From an uncultured Acidobacteriota bacterium (lineage in GTDB: Bacteria; Acidobacteriota; Terriglobia; Terriglobales; Acidobacteriaceae), in the NCBI GenBank assembly GCA_963819825.1, contig CAWFXO010000002.1, positions 219,186-283,185 on the forward strand: a stretch of DNA of 64,000 nt, read 5' to 3'. This document shows, in pieces, positions 29,900 through 40,481 of the stretch. Numbering within the stretch: position 1 is the stretch's first letter; each line of letters starts with the position of its first letter. Both the position numbers and the translations under genes were made by a program. The notes beneath the pieces were generated by a model. That model worked only from the letters and a program-made list of their open reading frames with translations. It had not been told where the DNA came from and made no database searches.

Positions 29900-32800
29900 A
29901 AATCGCCACTACACGGGTTTGCAAGGCGGGTTCGTTTTCCAGTGCGACACCGTCGCGATAGCTGACGGTCCTGCCGGAAATCGCTGGAATCCGCTCGCCC
30001 GGGACAATCACCCCAACCAGATTCAAGGGATCGGCCGCGGAAAGCGTGACCACTTCGCCACTCGGGCGGCAGCTTGCGTGTGGCACGCAGCGATTCGACG
30101 GCCACAGGGAAGGCAAACTGCTCGCCGATAAATCCGTCCACGAAACGGCCACCTCGGATTTCGCCGCGAGCTTCGAGGCGGCGAAATGCGATTTGCAGCT
30201 CCCTCCACTTCGGGAGATTGGCTTCGCGAACCAGTAGATCGCGGAAGACGACTCCGTAGCGTTTCAGCATCATCCAGCAGGTAGCTTCGACTACGCGGTC
30301 GCGCTCGACGGCGGAATCGGTGTGCAGGATGGCCCAGCGTCCCGCGCTGTGCCGCGGACGCGTGGAGCGCCCGCTTCCCTGCCCGGCACGGCGTTTGGGA
30401 TCAATCAGCGCGCGAAGGTTGTCGAACCCATCCGCTGTGACTACTCCTCCGGCGACCAATTCCCATAGCCCCGTTTCGATTTCGGCTTTCAGCTTTCCTG
30501 TCGCGCGAACAATGTCAGCAAAAAATGACGCTCCACGCAAGCGAAGATATTCCAGCACCTGCCGCGCCACTTCGCTCAGTCCTTGCGCTCCAGCGATCGA
30601 ATCGTGAGGAGTCATCCAGTCGGCATCCTCGCGCACGAAGAAAGTAATGGGAGCAACGCTGGTCGGGATCACCCGCCGCTGGCTCTTGGCTCCGTTGCCA
30701 TTCGACGATTCCAGCGTCGCAGGATGCGGCGACAACCGTCCCCAGCCGACCGCTCCGGTAAGGCAAAGTTGATCCAGCCATTTGGGATCGTAATCCGCAA
30801 TGCGCCGTGCCAGCACCTGCCGCTCCCAGGCGTTGGCGGGAATTTCAAATCCCTGCAACTGGCGAAGTACCTCAAGCGTGGCGCGCTCGCCCTGCACCTG
30901 CGATCCCAGGGCAATATGCTGCCAGCGCAACAGCCAGCGCATGAACTGCGCTGGTGTGACCGGCTCAATCTGCTTGCGCAAAGTTGCGACAGTCAGCCGA
31001 TGTATGCGCGCCAGCAGCCGGCGGTCGCACCATTCGTGTTGGTTTTGCTCGTGTGGCGCGGACCTGCCCTGAGCGAAGCCGAATGGGGCCCCCGCCCTCG
31101 AAGCAGCGCCCGTGAAATTTCCTCTTAGGATGGCGCCAGAAGCTTCCATTCGCAGGAGGGCCTTCTCTGCCTCGGATGCCGCGAAACCGAGCAACCCTCC
31201 CAGTTGATCCGCTGTCACCGGCCCGAGGTGAGACATCCAGCCGGTGACGCAGGCCAGGAGTGCGTCGTCGAAAGAAAGGTCCGCTACTTCAAGTTCCTGC
31301 GCGGCAAACTGAGCCCCGGGAAAAAGCTTGGCAAAAGCTTTTCCGCGTTCGGCCGCGACCCAGTAGGACCGCCCTTCGACTGTTGCCGCCACCGCGCGGC
31401 CCTGCGAGAAGAGCTGAGCAAAGAATGGCTGCCAGCTTGTCGAGCTTTGCTCGACAGGACGGGCGGGGACGCCCGTTCCCCCAAATTCCGAGTGAGGACC
31501 AGTGACCGGAAACGCAATCAAGGTGTGCAGCACATCGTGCAACTCATCCGCATCGCGGACATCGGGCCAGGCCTCTTCTCGTACCTGCTCGATCGCCGCG
31601 GGGTCTAGTTTGCCCACTTCCTCCAGCACCGACTCTGGCAAGATCCGTCGCATTTCGACTGCGCGCGCGCGGCGTTCTTCGAGCGGCGCATCGTCGAGAT
31701 ACGCATACGGATTCGCATTCAGTATCTCGTGCGAGAACTGTGACGGCACCGGCGTATCGACAGCAATGCAGCGAACGCGGCCATCTTCCATGCGGCGCAG
31801 CAGTGCCTTCAGGCCGTCGATGTCCATCGCTTCGGTCAGAACATCTTTCATCACTTCTTTGACCAGAGGGTGGTCGGGAATCTGAATGTCGCCGACGATG
31901 TTTTCCTGGCAGGCGGCAACATCGGGGAAAACCGAGGCCAGCAGATCGTCCGAACGCATGCGCTGAATCTGAGGGGGAACTTTCTTTCCACCCTGAAAGC
32001 GCAGCAGCGCGAGCGAACGATTGGCGTCCCAGCGCCAGCGCGTTCCGAAAATGGGGGAAGCCAGGGCAGCCTGTTCCAGAATCGGCTGCACAGTTTCGGC
32101 ATTTAGAAAATGAAAAACATCGCCCAGCGGAAAGCTGTGCTGCTCGGCCAGTGCGATGTTCAAGCCGTTGTCCGTAGCCGCTGCCTGCAGTTCAAAATTA
32201 AAACTACGGCAAAAGCGTTTGCGCAGAGCCAGTCCCCAGGCTTTGTTGATGCGCGCGCCGAATGGCGCATGAATGATCAACTGCATCCCGCCGCCTTCGT
32301 CGAAGAACCGCTCGGCGATGACCGTGCTTTGCGTGGGAACGTCACCCAGCACGGCGCGTCCTTCGAGAATGTATTGGATCGATTGCGTGGCCGCAGATTC
32401 ATCCAGCCCGCACTCCTCCGCCAGCCATGCGATGGTCTCGGCAACCTGCGGAGTCTTCGGCGACAACGCGACCGGAGAAATCCCCTTCAATCGCTCGCTG
32501 ATCTCTCGCCGAAGCTCCGCAACGTGAAACGAAAGTTCTTCGGTGCGCGCCGGAGCTTCGCCACTCCAGAACGGTACCGTCGGGCGGCGCGCCGTGCGCA
32601 TCTTCCACCAGCACACGGCCGGACTTCCCTTCCACGCGGCGAATGCGCCACGAAGTGTTGCCCAGCAGCATGATGTCACCCGCGCATGCTCTCGACTGGC
32701 AAAGTCTTCGTCGAGCGTGCCGACCATGACGCCTTCCGGCTCGGCGACAACTGTGAACAATGCCGTCTCGGGAATGGCACCGCCGCTGGTGATCGCCGCC

Positions 32801-34377
32801 AGCCGCGCTCCCCGCCGCGCGCGAAGTTTGCGGTTTACGCGGTCGTGATGGATGTATGCACCGTAGCGTCCACGCCGCGAGCGGCAATGCCTTCGGAAAG
32901 CATCTCGAGGATCGAGTCGAAGAGTTCCCGCGAGAGATTGCGGTAGGGATAGGCCCGCTTGACCAGGGCGAACATCTCGTCTTCGTCCCAGCCCGCGATC
33001 GAGTGGCGCGGGCGCCCCCGCCCGCGAAATGTCTGCGGCGGGGAAAATGTCAGCCTCAGCTGTGGCATCCGCAAGCGGGCGTGGCGCCCGCTCCACACGA
33101 GCATCACCACCCCCAGCGGCGCACGTCGCCACAATCTGCTGCGCCAGCACATCCAGCGGCGCGTCCGGAATCATCAGCCGGTCGAGATCGCCGTGGCGAA
33201 TCGCCCGCACCAGCGCCGCACACTCCATCAGGTCGTCTCTGGTCGTGACAAAGAAGCGGCCTTTCGGAACCGCCCCGCGCCAGTGGCCGGATCGCCCGAC
33301 TCTCTGCAGCGCCACCGCAATCGCGCGCGGAGAACTGATCTGAATGACGAGATCGACAGTGCCGATATCAATTCCCAGTTCCAGCGAGGCCGTCGCGATC
33401 AGAACTTTAATCTGCCCGTCTTTCAGCTTCTTTTCCGCCGCCAGCCGCAGCTTGCGCGACAAGCTGCCGTGATGCGCTCCAACGTTGTCTTCCCCAATCC
33501 GCTCCGCCAGATGATGCGCGACCCGCTCGACCAGCCGCCGCGTGTTCACAAACACCAGCGTCGAGCGGTGCTGCTCGGAAAGCTCGACGATGCGGGTGTA
33601 GATTTCCTCCCACATTTCGTTACTCGCAATCGGCCCCAGCAGCGTGGCGGGAATTTCGACCGCCAGATCGAGCGTGCGCTTGTGCCCAATGTTGACGATG
33701 ACCGGATCCGGACGGCCATTCCCGGTCAGAAAATGCGCGACATCTTCAATCGGCTTCTGCGTTGCGGAAAGCCCAATGCGCACCGGCGGCCGATAGGTCA
33801 GCGCCTCCAGCCGCTCCAGCGACAGCGTCAGATGCGCACCGCGCTTGTCGTCGGCGACGGCGTGGATTTCGTCCACGATCACGGTTTCGACATCGCGCAA
33901 GATCGCCCGGCTCTTCTCCGCCGTGAGCAGAATGTAGAGCGACTCGGGCGTCGTCACCAGAATATGCGGCGGATTCTTCAGCATCGCCCGGCGCTCGTGC
34001 GCCAGCGTGTCGCCGGTGCGGACCGCGGTGCGAATCTGCGGCATCAGCAGCCCGCGCTCGCCCGCCATCTGCAGAATCTCGCCCAGCGGCACTTCCAGAT
34101 TCTTCTGAATGTCGTTGCCCAGCGCCTTCAGCGGCGAAATGTAGAGGACTTCGGTCCGGTCGTGCAGATCGCCGGCCAGCGCTTTGCGCACCAGGCGATC
34201 AATGCAGGCGAGAAACGCAGCCAGCGTCTTGCCAGAGCCGGTGGGCGCGGAGATTAGAGTGGTGCGTCCGGCAAGGATGTGCGGCCAGCCCTGCTCCTGC
34301 GGCTCGGTGGGCGTGCCGAATTTCGCGGTGAACCATTCGGCGACGAGGGGGTGGGCCCAGGAGAGAGGCGCGGACAT
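29898..34377 (-). CDS. lhr: Lhr-family large ATP-dependent DEAD/DEAH-box helicase, several frameshifts in the given sequence
   Basis: ORF 29875..34377: Walker A APTGSGKTLAAFL, DEIH box, SATQ, and HHGSLSRKLR helicase motifs. True-frame islands sit in ORFs 32835..33152 (WDEDEMFALVKRAYPYRNLSRELFDSILEMLSEG), 32399..32887 (GDIMLLGNTSWRIRRVEGKSGRVLVEDAHGAPP) and 29898..30152 (SGEVVTLSAADPLNLVGVIVPGERIP, real C-terminus). At least 5 frame switches. Confidence 0.9.
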
Positions 34378-34424
34378 TGGGCTATTTTATTACCAGGAAG
34401 AGTGTTTCGCACATTGTTCGCCTA

Positions 34425-34454
34425 TTGACAGAAAGCGATAAATGAGTGTATGTT
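34425..34454 (+). promoter_or_regulatory. sigma70-like promoter TTGACA-18 nt-TATGTT in AT-rich leader of the second TA locus
   Basis: ttgaca at 34425..34430 and tatgtt at 34449..34454. GAAGGAG RBS at 34485..34491 before ATG 34497. Motif match only. Confidence 0.35.
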
Positions 34455-34496
34455 GTTAGTGTAGTTAGTTATTAGTAAAACAGTGAAGGAGCTCTT

Positions 34497-35177
34497 ATGA
34501 CCATTGCAGATGCGGTTTGGGTCGCTACAGCACAGTTGCATCGAGATGACTTGAGAGCACAGGATTTCTCCGTGCAGGAAATAATGGGGAAGGCGACTAA
34601 CGGGAAACTTGTGGATTTCACCCCTGGGCTACAGGTGCACGTGTCGAAGCACTGTGTTGCAAACAAGTCCCCTAATTCGGAGCGACACCGAATGCTGTTT
34701 TCGACCGCGCGCGGGAGAAGGAGACTCTTTAAACCCGGCGATCCTTTCCATGCTGATCGGAGCAAGGGGAAAATTCATCCGGCGAAGGGTGATCTTCCCG
34801 TCGAGTACCGGGACTTAATCGACTGGTATGAGAATGCTTATGCCAGGAGGCATGTTGCAGCAAACGAGAGTATTGCCACATCAACACATGAATCGAGCCA
34901 GTCTCTGCTTTCGGGCGACCAAGTTCCAGTCGATTTTGCAGAGCGACTGACAGTTGCCAGTGTCGTCGCGGGCGCAGCAGGGGAGATTGTGATTCCAATG
35001 AACATCCGAAGCAAACTTGGCATCAAGGAAGGCACCCGGATTACACTGCAAAGCCAGGGCAATTGTCTGATCCTTCAGCCAATCAATGAAGAGTTCATCG
35101 ATCGCTTATGCGGTTCTTACCGGGGAAAAACATCGCTGGTGGAGGCGTGGGACCGTGAGCACCGGATCGAACGATGA
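34497..35177 (+). CDS. long antitoxin-like protein: unknown about 115-aa N-terminal domain + linker + C-terminal SpoVT/AbrB (MazE-like) DNA-binding domain
   Basis: Intact 226-aa ORF. The C-terminus GEIVIPMNIRSKLGIKEGTRITLQSQGNCLILQPI is a looped-hinge AbrB motif. The stop overlaps the PIN gene start as ATGA. I do not recognise the N-terminal part (AVWVATAQLHRDD...HVSKHCVANK...LPVEYRDLIDWYENAY). Confidence 0.7.
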   Translation: MTIADAVWVATAQLHRDDLRAQDFSVQEIMGKATNGKLVDFTPGLQVHVSKHCVANKSPNSERHRMLFSTARGRRRLFKPGDPFHADRSKGKIHPAKGDLPVEYRDLIDWYENAYARRHVAANESIATSTHESSQSLLSGDQVPVDFAERLTVASVVAGAAGEIVIPMNIRSKLGIKEGTRITLQSQGNCLILQPINEEFIDRLCGSYRGKTSLVEAWDREHRIER

Positions 35178-35584
35178 CTAGAGCTTATGTGCTCGACGCG
35201 AACGCGGCCTTTGATTTCTTGGAGGGTGGACTGGGCGCGCCCCGCGTCAAGCAATTGCTGATGGAGGCGCTGCGGCAGGAAGCATCCGTAGCCATGTCGG
35301 TTCTGAACCTCGGTGAAGTTTTCTATCTGATGTGGGAGCAAAGGGGCCAAGAAAGCGCGCAACGCGCAATCGGAGAGCTTTCCCGCGCTCCCATTCAATT
35401 CGTGCCGATTGATCTTTCACTATCTCTCAAAGCCGCGGAGATCAAGGCCGTTCACAAAATACCCTATGTGGACTGCGTGGCCGCAGCTTTGGCAATTCTC
35501 ACCGAGGCCGTCCTGGTCACTGGCGACCGGGATTTCGAAAAGCTTGGCCGGCACGCCCACATTCTTTGGATTAAGCGTAAGTGA
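35174..35584 (+). CDS. vapC: PIN-domain toxin (VapC-like)
   Basis: Intact ORF: YVLDANAAFDFL, SVLNLGEVFY, PYVDCVAAALAILTEAVLVTGDRDF. Confidence 0.85.
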   Translation: MTRAYVLDANAAFDFLEGGLGAPRVKQLLMEALRQEASVAMSVLNLGEVFYLMWEQRGQESAQRAIGELSRAPIQFVPIDLSLSLKAAEIKAVHKIPYVDCVAAALAILTEAVLVTGDRDFEKLGRHAHILWIKRK

Positions 35585-35647
35585 GCCCTTCGTATTGACC
35601 CGCGGCTTTGCCTTCCCCTGCCCTCATCTGCCAAACTTAACCAACCC

Positions 35648-37654
35648 ATGGGCCGCATTCACGTCCTTCCCGAGCACGTTGCCAACAAGATCGCCGCGGG
35701 CGAGGTGGTCGAGCGCCCAGCCTCGGTGGTGAAGGAACTGCTGGAGAACGCCCTCGACGCCGGCGCGACCCGCATCAAGATTCAGATCGAAGCCGGCGGC
35801 AAAAAGCTCATCCAGATCACCGACAACGGCTGCGGCATGGTCCGCGATGACGCCCTGCTGGCCTTCGAGCGCCATGCAACGTCGAAGATCAAGAATGCCG
35901 AAGACCTCCTGAACATTTCGACTCTCGGCTTTCGCGGCGAAGCCCTGCCCTCAATTGCGTCGGTCTGCCGTTTTCGACTGGAAACCCGCGCCGCCGACCA
36001 GGATTCGGGAACCATCGTCGAATTGACCGGTGGGAAGATTTTTCGCGTGGAAGAAGCCGGGCTTCCGGCTGGAACTTCCATCACCATTCGCGATCTCTTC
36101 TTTAATACGCCCGCGCGCAAGAAGTTTTTGAAGGCCGAGTCCACCGAACTTTCACACATCGCTTCGCTGGTCACGCAGTACGCGCTGGCGCATCCCGATA
36201 AGCATTTCGAGTTGCATTCGTCCACCAATGCGGTGCTGGTTGCGCCGCCGGTGGCCAGTTACAGCGACCGCGTCTATCAGGTCTTTGGCAAAGATGTTCT
36301 CGACCAGTTGATTTCCGTAGCCGCTGAAGTGCCGTTGGCCCGAATTGGACTTCCTCAGCCTCCGCCGTGGCGGCGTCAACAGCAAGAAGAAGATGAGGAC
36401 GGCGCTCCGACCGCCGATCCCGGCAGCCTGCGCCTGCACGGATTTATTTCCAAGCCGGAAATTCAGAAGCTGAACCGCAATTCCATCTACACCTTTGTCA
36501 ACGGACGCCTCATCCGCGACCGCCTCATTCAGCACGCGCTCACCGAGGCCTATCGCAACATTCTGCCTCCGACGGTTTTTCCCGTGGTGTTGCTGTTTTT
36601 CGAAATGCCTAACGCAGAAGTGGATGTGAATGTCCATCCCTCGAAGACCGAGGTCCGTTTCCGCCAGCAGACGGTCATGCACGACTTTCTGCGCGATTCC
36701 GTTCGCGCGGCGCTGATGAAGGCGCGCCCGGTGCCGCAGTTTGTGACCGAGATTCGGGCGCATCCGACGGCGAGCCCGTCGCTGACGCCCGGCGCACGTG
36801 GGGCAGAAGGTGGAGGACCGATGACAAATTTCTACGGCGCCGCCGTGCCGGATTCATTTGCGCTGCAAGCGCCCCCGCAGCCGGTCATCGCCGAGCGCTT
36901 TCATTTTTCGGAGGGAATCGACGTCGAAGCCAATGCCGCTGTTCCAGTAGCTAGATTCCCGCGACAGACGTTTGGAGCGGAGCCACAAACGTTCGGCGCA
37001 GACCGCTGTGCTCCTCCGCTGCGACGAAGCCGCTGGCCGAAGAGTTCGACCCGGCCGGCGATGTCACGCCCCTCCTTGCGTCACTCAAACCGCTCGGCCA
37101 GTTGCGCGAGTCGTTCATCCTGGCGGTGAATCACGAAGGCCTGTGGATCGTTGACCAGCACTGCGCCCATGAACGAGTGCTGTTCGAAAAAGTGTCGCGC
37201 CAGCGTGCCCGGCAACAGGTCGAAAGCCAGCGCATGCTGATGCCGATTGTGATCGAACTGACTCCCGCGCAGCAGGCCATCTTCACGGAAATTTCTGACG
37301 AGCTACAGAAGAACGGCTTCGAAGCCGAGCCCTTCGGCGCGCGCAGCATCGCGGTTAAGATCGCTCCCGCCGGAGTTCAGGCCGCGGAAGTCGAATCCAT
37401 GCTGCACGAACTGCTCGACCAGTTCTCCCGCGAAGAGCAAAACCTGAATCTGGAGCAGATTCGCGGCCGCATCGCCGCCTCCATCGCCTGCCACGCCGCC
37501 ATCAAAGTCAACATGCCGCTGGAACACAATAAAATGGAATGGCTGCTGGCGCGAGCTGGCAAAAACCGACTGCCCCATGACCTGCCCGCACGGAAGGCCC
37601 GTAGTTCTGCGATACTCGATGAAGGACATTCAGCGGGCATTTAAGAGAATCTAG
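35648..37654 (+). CDS. mutL: DNA mismatch repair protein MutL, 3 frameshifts in the given sequence
   Basis: N-terminal GHKL ATPase: IHVLPEHVANKIAAGEVVERPASVVKELLENALDAGAT, DNGCGM. Pieces 35648..37129, 36972..37154 and 37102..37644. The true C-terminus LAKTDCPMTCPHGRPVVLRYSMKDIQRAFKRI ends at TAG 37652-37654 once an extra C near 37552 is skipped. Confidence 0.9.
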
Positions 37655-37673
37655 GGATTACGGCGGGAGACAC

Positions 37674-37974
37674 ATGATGGCTGAACCAGGATCGAAGCGA
37701 AAGCTAAAAAAACTGGCGATGATGCTGGGCATCGCTGTGGTCGTACTGATGATCTCGACCGTTTATCTGGTCCATTATTACGGCGAGAGCCGTCCGACCG
37801 AAGAACAAGCGGGACGGACTCATGCGGCAACGATACACAGCCGAACTGTGTATCTCACGAACAGCGAGTACGCTCTGGCATTCGCGATGCATGCACATCA
37901 CGGTCGTGGCCCTTGGACTGTTGATTGGAACCAGCTCTCAAGGCGACATTCGCGAAAAGCTAGCTTCTCCATGA
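37674..37974 (+). CDS. small hypothetical two-TM membrane protein (1 frameshift near 37890)
   Basis: MMAEPGSKRKLKKLAMMLGIAVVVLMISTVYLV... continues after an extra c at about 37890 as MHITVVALGLLIGTSSQGDIREKLASP. Its TGA overlaps the next ATG as ATGA. Confidence 0.35.
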
Positions 37975-38836
37975 CCTCTGACGAACTCATCCGAGCTTCG
38001 CCGCGAAAAATGGCGCCTCAACGGCGTCCCCATTCGTACGCTCGAAGACGCGCGCAGCTTCGTCGAGTCCGCCGGATTCTGCCTGACCTATCCTTCTCTG
38101 CCCGCATTGCTGCTGCCGACTTTTATCGGCGCGTGGTACGGATCGGACGAGCGCCTGCCCCGCCACCGGGCGTTTCTTGATCCCGAAGCCCGCGACGCCA
38201 CCGACCTGATGATCCGCCTGCTGCGCGACAAGTCGGCTTACGAAGCCAACCTCGGCGACGAGAACAACGCGCTACTGATTTCGGCTTCCGTCTTCCCTTA
38301 TTTCTATACCCTGGTCGGCGAGCGCAATCCCAAGCAGCCGCCGCAGCCGGGGCCGCGGTCGCCGTACTCTGAGCTCGCTTGCGACACCTATCAGGTCATT
38401 CATCGCAAGGGGCCGATTTCGAAGGCCAAGCTGTTCGAAGACGTCGGCAAGGGCGTTTCCGTCCCCGCGCTCGACAAAGCGCTGGCCGAACTGTGGTCAA
38501 AGCTGCGCATCACCCGCGTGGATTACGACGAGCGCGACGGCGCGTCATGGGACGTGCTGCAGCGCTGGTCTCCGGAGGCAGTCGCTGAAGGCATCAATTG
38601 CTCGGCCGGGCGAAGCGCTCTCGGCGCTGCTGTCGAAATATCTGGAATGCGTCATCGCCGCCGATCAATCTGAGCTGGATTCGTTTTTCGGAAACTTCAT
38701 CCCGCGCTCCAAAGTGCGGGAGTCGGTGAACGCGTTGATGTCCGCGCGCGAGCTGAATTTTGTGCATGTGGGCAACCGCTCCTTGATTCAGGTGACGCAG
38801 GCGCTGCCGGCGCGCCAAACCGAATTACGAAGCTGA
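37971..38836 (+). CDS. conserved hypothetical protein, possibly AlkZ-related winged-helix protein (function uncertain); at least 2 frameshifts
   Basis: MTSDELIR / LRREKWRLNGVPIRTLEDARSFVESAGFCLTYP... (ORF 38107..38673). The tail LSRAEALSALLSKYLECVIAADQSELDSFFGNF...NFVHVGNRSLIQVTQ ends at TGA 38834-38836. The family call is from memory of similar N-termini and is weak. Confidence 0.45.
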
Positions 38837-38893
38837 TTCTGCACTACCGACGACGGCATTCCCCGTTGTACAATCGCACTCGGATCACACTGG

Positions 38894-39695
38894 ATGACCG
38901 ACCCCACTCCCCGCAAATTAATCATCGCCATTGACGGCCCCGCGGGCGCCGGAAAGAGCACGATTGCGTCGCGCCTGGCCCGCAAGCTCGGCTATGTGAA
39001 CCTCGAAAGCGGCGCCATGTATCGCGCTCTGGCGCTGAAGGCCATTGAGTGGGACGTTTCTTTCGACGACGAGGCCGCCCTCACCAAGCTGGCCGAAAAG
39101 TCGCGCATCAAGATTGAACCCACCATGGGCGGAAACCGCGTATTGCTCGATGGCCGCGACGTCACCCACGCGTCCGCGAAACCGACGTATCGCAGGCGGC
39201 TTCGCGGGTCTCGGTCCATCCCGAAGTGCGCGAGTGGATGGTCGCCCGCCAGCGCGAACTGGGCGCGGCCGGCGGAGTGGTCATGGAAGGCCGCGACATC
39301 GGGACCAAGGTTTTCCCCGACGCCGACGTAAAGATTTTCCTCGACGCCGACCCGGTGATCCGCGAGCAGCGCCGCATCCAGCAGCACGCGCGGTCGGAGC
39401 CTCCGCCGAATCCATGGCCGAAGAGTTGCGCGAACGCGACCGCCGCGACCGCACCCGGGCCACGTCCCCGCTCGAACCCGCGCCGGATGCGGTCATTCTC
39501 GATTCGACTGCGTTGTCGGAAGAAGAAGTGATGAAGCGGGTCGAGGCGCTGGTGGCGGCGAAACTGGAGTCATCGAACAATCGGACGCGTCATCCGCGCA
39601 GTAGCGGAGGAGCCGCGGGCACTCTGCTGTTTGCCGGCAGCATCGGCACCGCATCGAACAGCAGGTTCCTCTGCGGCTTCGCCGCGTCGGAATGA
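38894..39695 (+). CDS. cmk: cytidylate kinase, at least 2 frameshifts; 3' end uncertain
   Basis: [36 protein letters not shown] (ORF 38894..39331), [45 protein letters not shown] (39226..39531), [31 protein letters not shown] (39045..39695). The terminal ORF may overrun the true stop; TAG at 39601-39603 lies in another frame. Confidence 0.85.
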
Positions 39696-39750
39696 CAGAG
39701 TTGCATAAGATGCGCGGGAGTGAGAAAAGCCCGCACCGCCCGCGCCCTTC

Positions 39751-39783
39751 CTGACGGCTGATGGCTGAGGCTGACGGCTGATG
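39751..39783. repeat. tandem heptamers ctgacgg ctgatgg ctgagg ctgacgg ctgatg (TGA in all three frames)
   Basis: Read directly from the sequence. It lies between cmk and infC. Related copies occur at 21826..21866 and, inverted, at 41204..41221. Confidence 0.8.
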
Positions 39784-39790
39784 TTATAAT
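39782..39790 (+). promoter_or_regulatory. extended -10 promoter element TGTTATAAT upstream of infC
   Basis: TGnTATAAT consensus match, 40 nt upstream of the infC start. No convincing -35 element, as expected for extended -10 promoters. Confidence 0.35.
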
Positions 39791-39830
39791 TCTTCATCCC
39801 CACACCGTTAAAAAGTGGACGGAGGTTTGT

Positions 39831-40400
39831 ATCGATAAGCGTTTTATCCGCACCAATGATCGTATTCGGGCGCGCGAAATCCGCGTGATTGGCGACGAGG
39901 GCGAGCAGATCGGCGTCATGCCGCCCTTTGAAGCGCTCAAGATGGCCCGCGAAAAGAACCTGGACCTGGTCGAGATTTCCCCCACCGCGCAGCCTCCGGT
40001 GTGCCGCATCATGGACTACGGGAAGTTTCTGTATCAGCAGGAAAAGAAAGAGCGCGAAGCCAAGAAGCACCAGAAGACGATCACGGTTAAAGAAGTGAAG
40101 TTCCGCATCAACGTGGACGATCACGATTACGAGACCAAGAAAAACCACGTGGTGCGTTTTCTGGACGGCGGCGACAAGGTCAAAGCCACGATCTTTTTCC
40201 GCGGACGCGAAATGACCCGCACCGGACTGGGACGGCAAATCCTGGAGCGCCTGATTAAAGATATTGGCGACCATGCAATCGTAGAGTTTCGGCCGCGGCA
40301 GGAAGGCAACACGCTGCACGCCATCCTGGCGCCGAGCGCGAAGAAGCCGGAGCCGAAAGCAGGCCCCGGCAGCACGCCAAGCTTGAAATTCAGCATTTAG
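39831..40400 (+). CDS. infC: translation initiation factor IF-3, non-canonical ATC start
   Basis: GGAGG lies 5 nt before ATC 39831. (I)DKRFIRTNDRIRAREIRVIGDEGEQIGVMPPFEALKMAREKNLDLVEISPTAQPPVCRIMDYGKF matches the IF-3 N-terminus. The first in-frame ATG/GTG (ORF 39885) would delete conserved residues. Confidence 0.9.
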   Translation: MDKRFIRTNDRIRAREIRVIGDEGEQIGVMPPFEALKMAREKNLDLVEISPTAQPPVCRIMDYGKFLYQQEKKEREAKKHQKTITVKEVKFRINVDDHDYETKKNHVVRFLDGGDKVKATIFFRGREMTRTGLGRQILERLIKDIGDHAIVEFRPRQEGNTLHAILAPSAKKPEPKAGPGSTPSLKFSI

Positions 40401-40481
40401 CACTTTGCACTTAGCTCTGGCTTCTGCAGCGCCTGGCTTGGCTAAGCGCTAAATGCCAAGTGCCAGATTGACTGAGGTTCT

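Noticed and set aside
32959-34257. 432-aa plus-strand ORF opposite lhr
   Set aside because: It is antisense to the helicase core motifs (Walker A, DEIH) and has an Arg-rich composition. It is a shadow ORF.
39570-40403. 277-aa minus-strand ORF covering infC
   Set aside because: It is antisense to IF-3, whose sequence is unmistakable on the plus strand.
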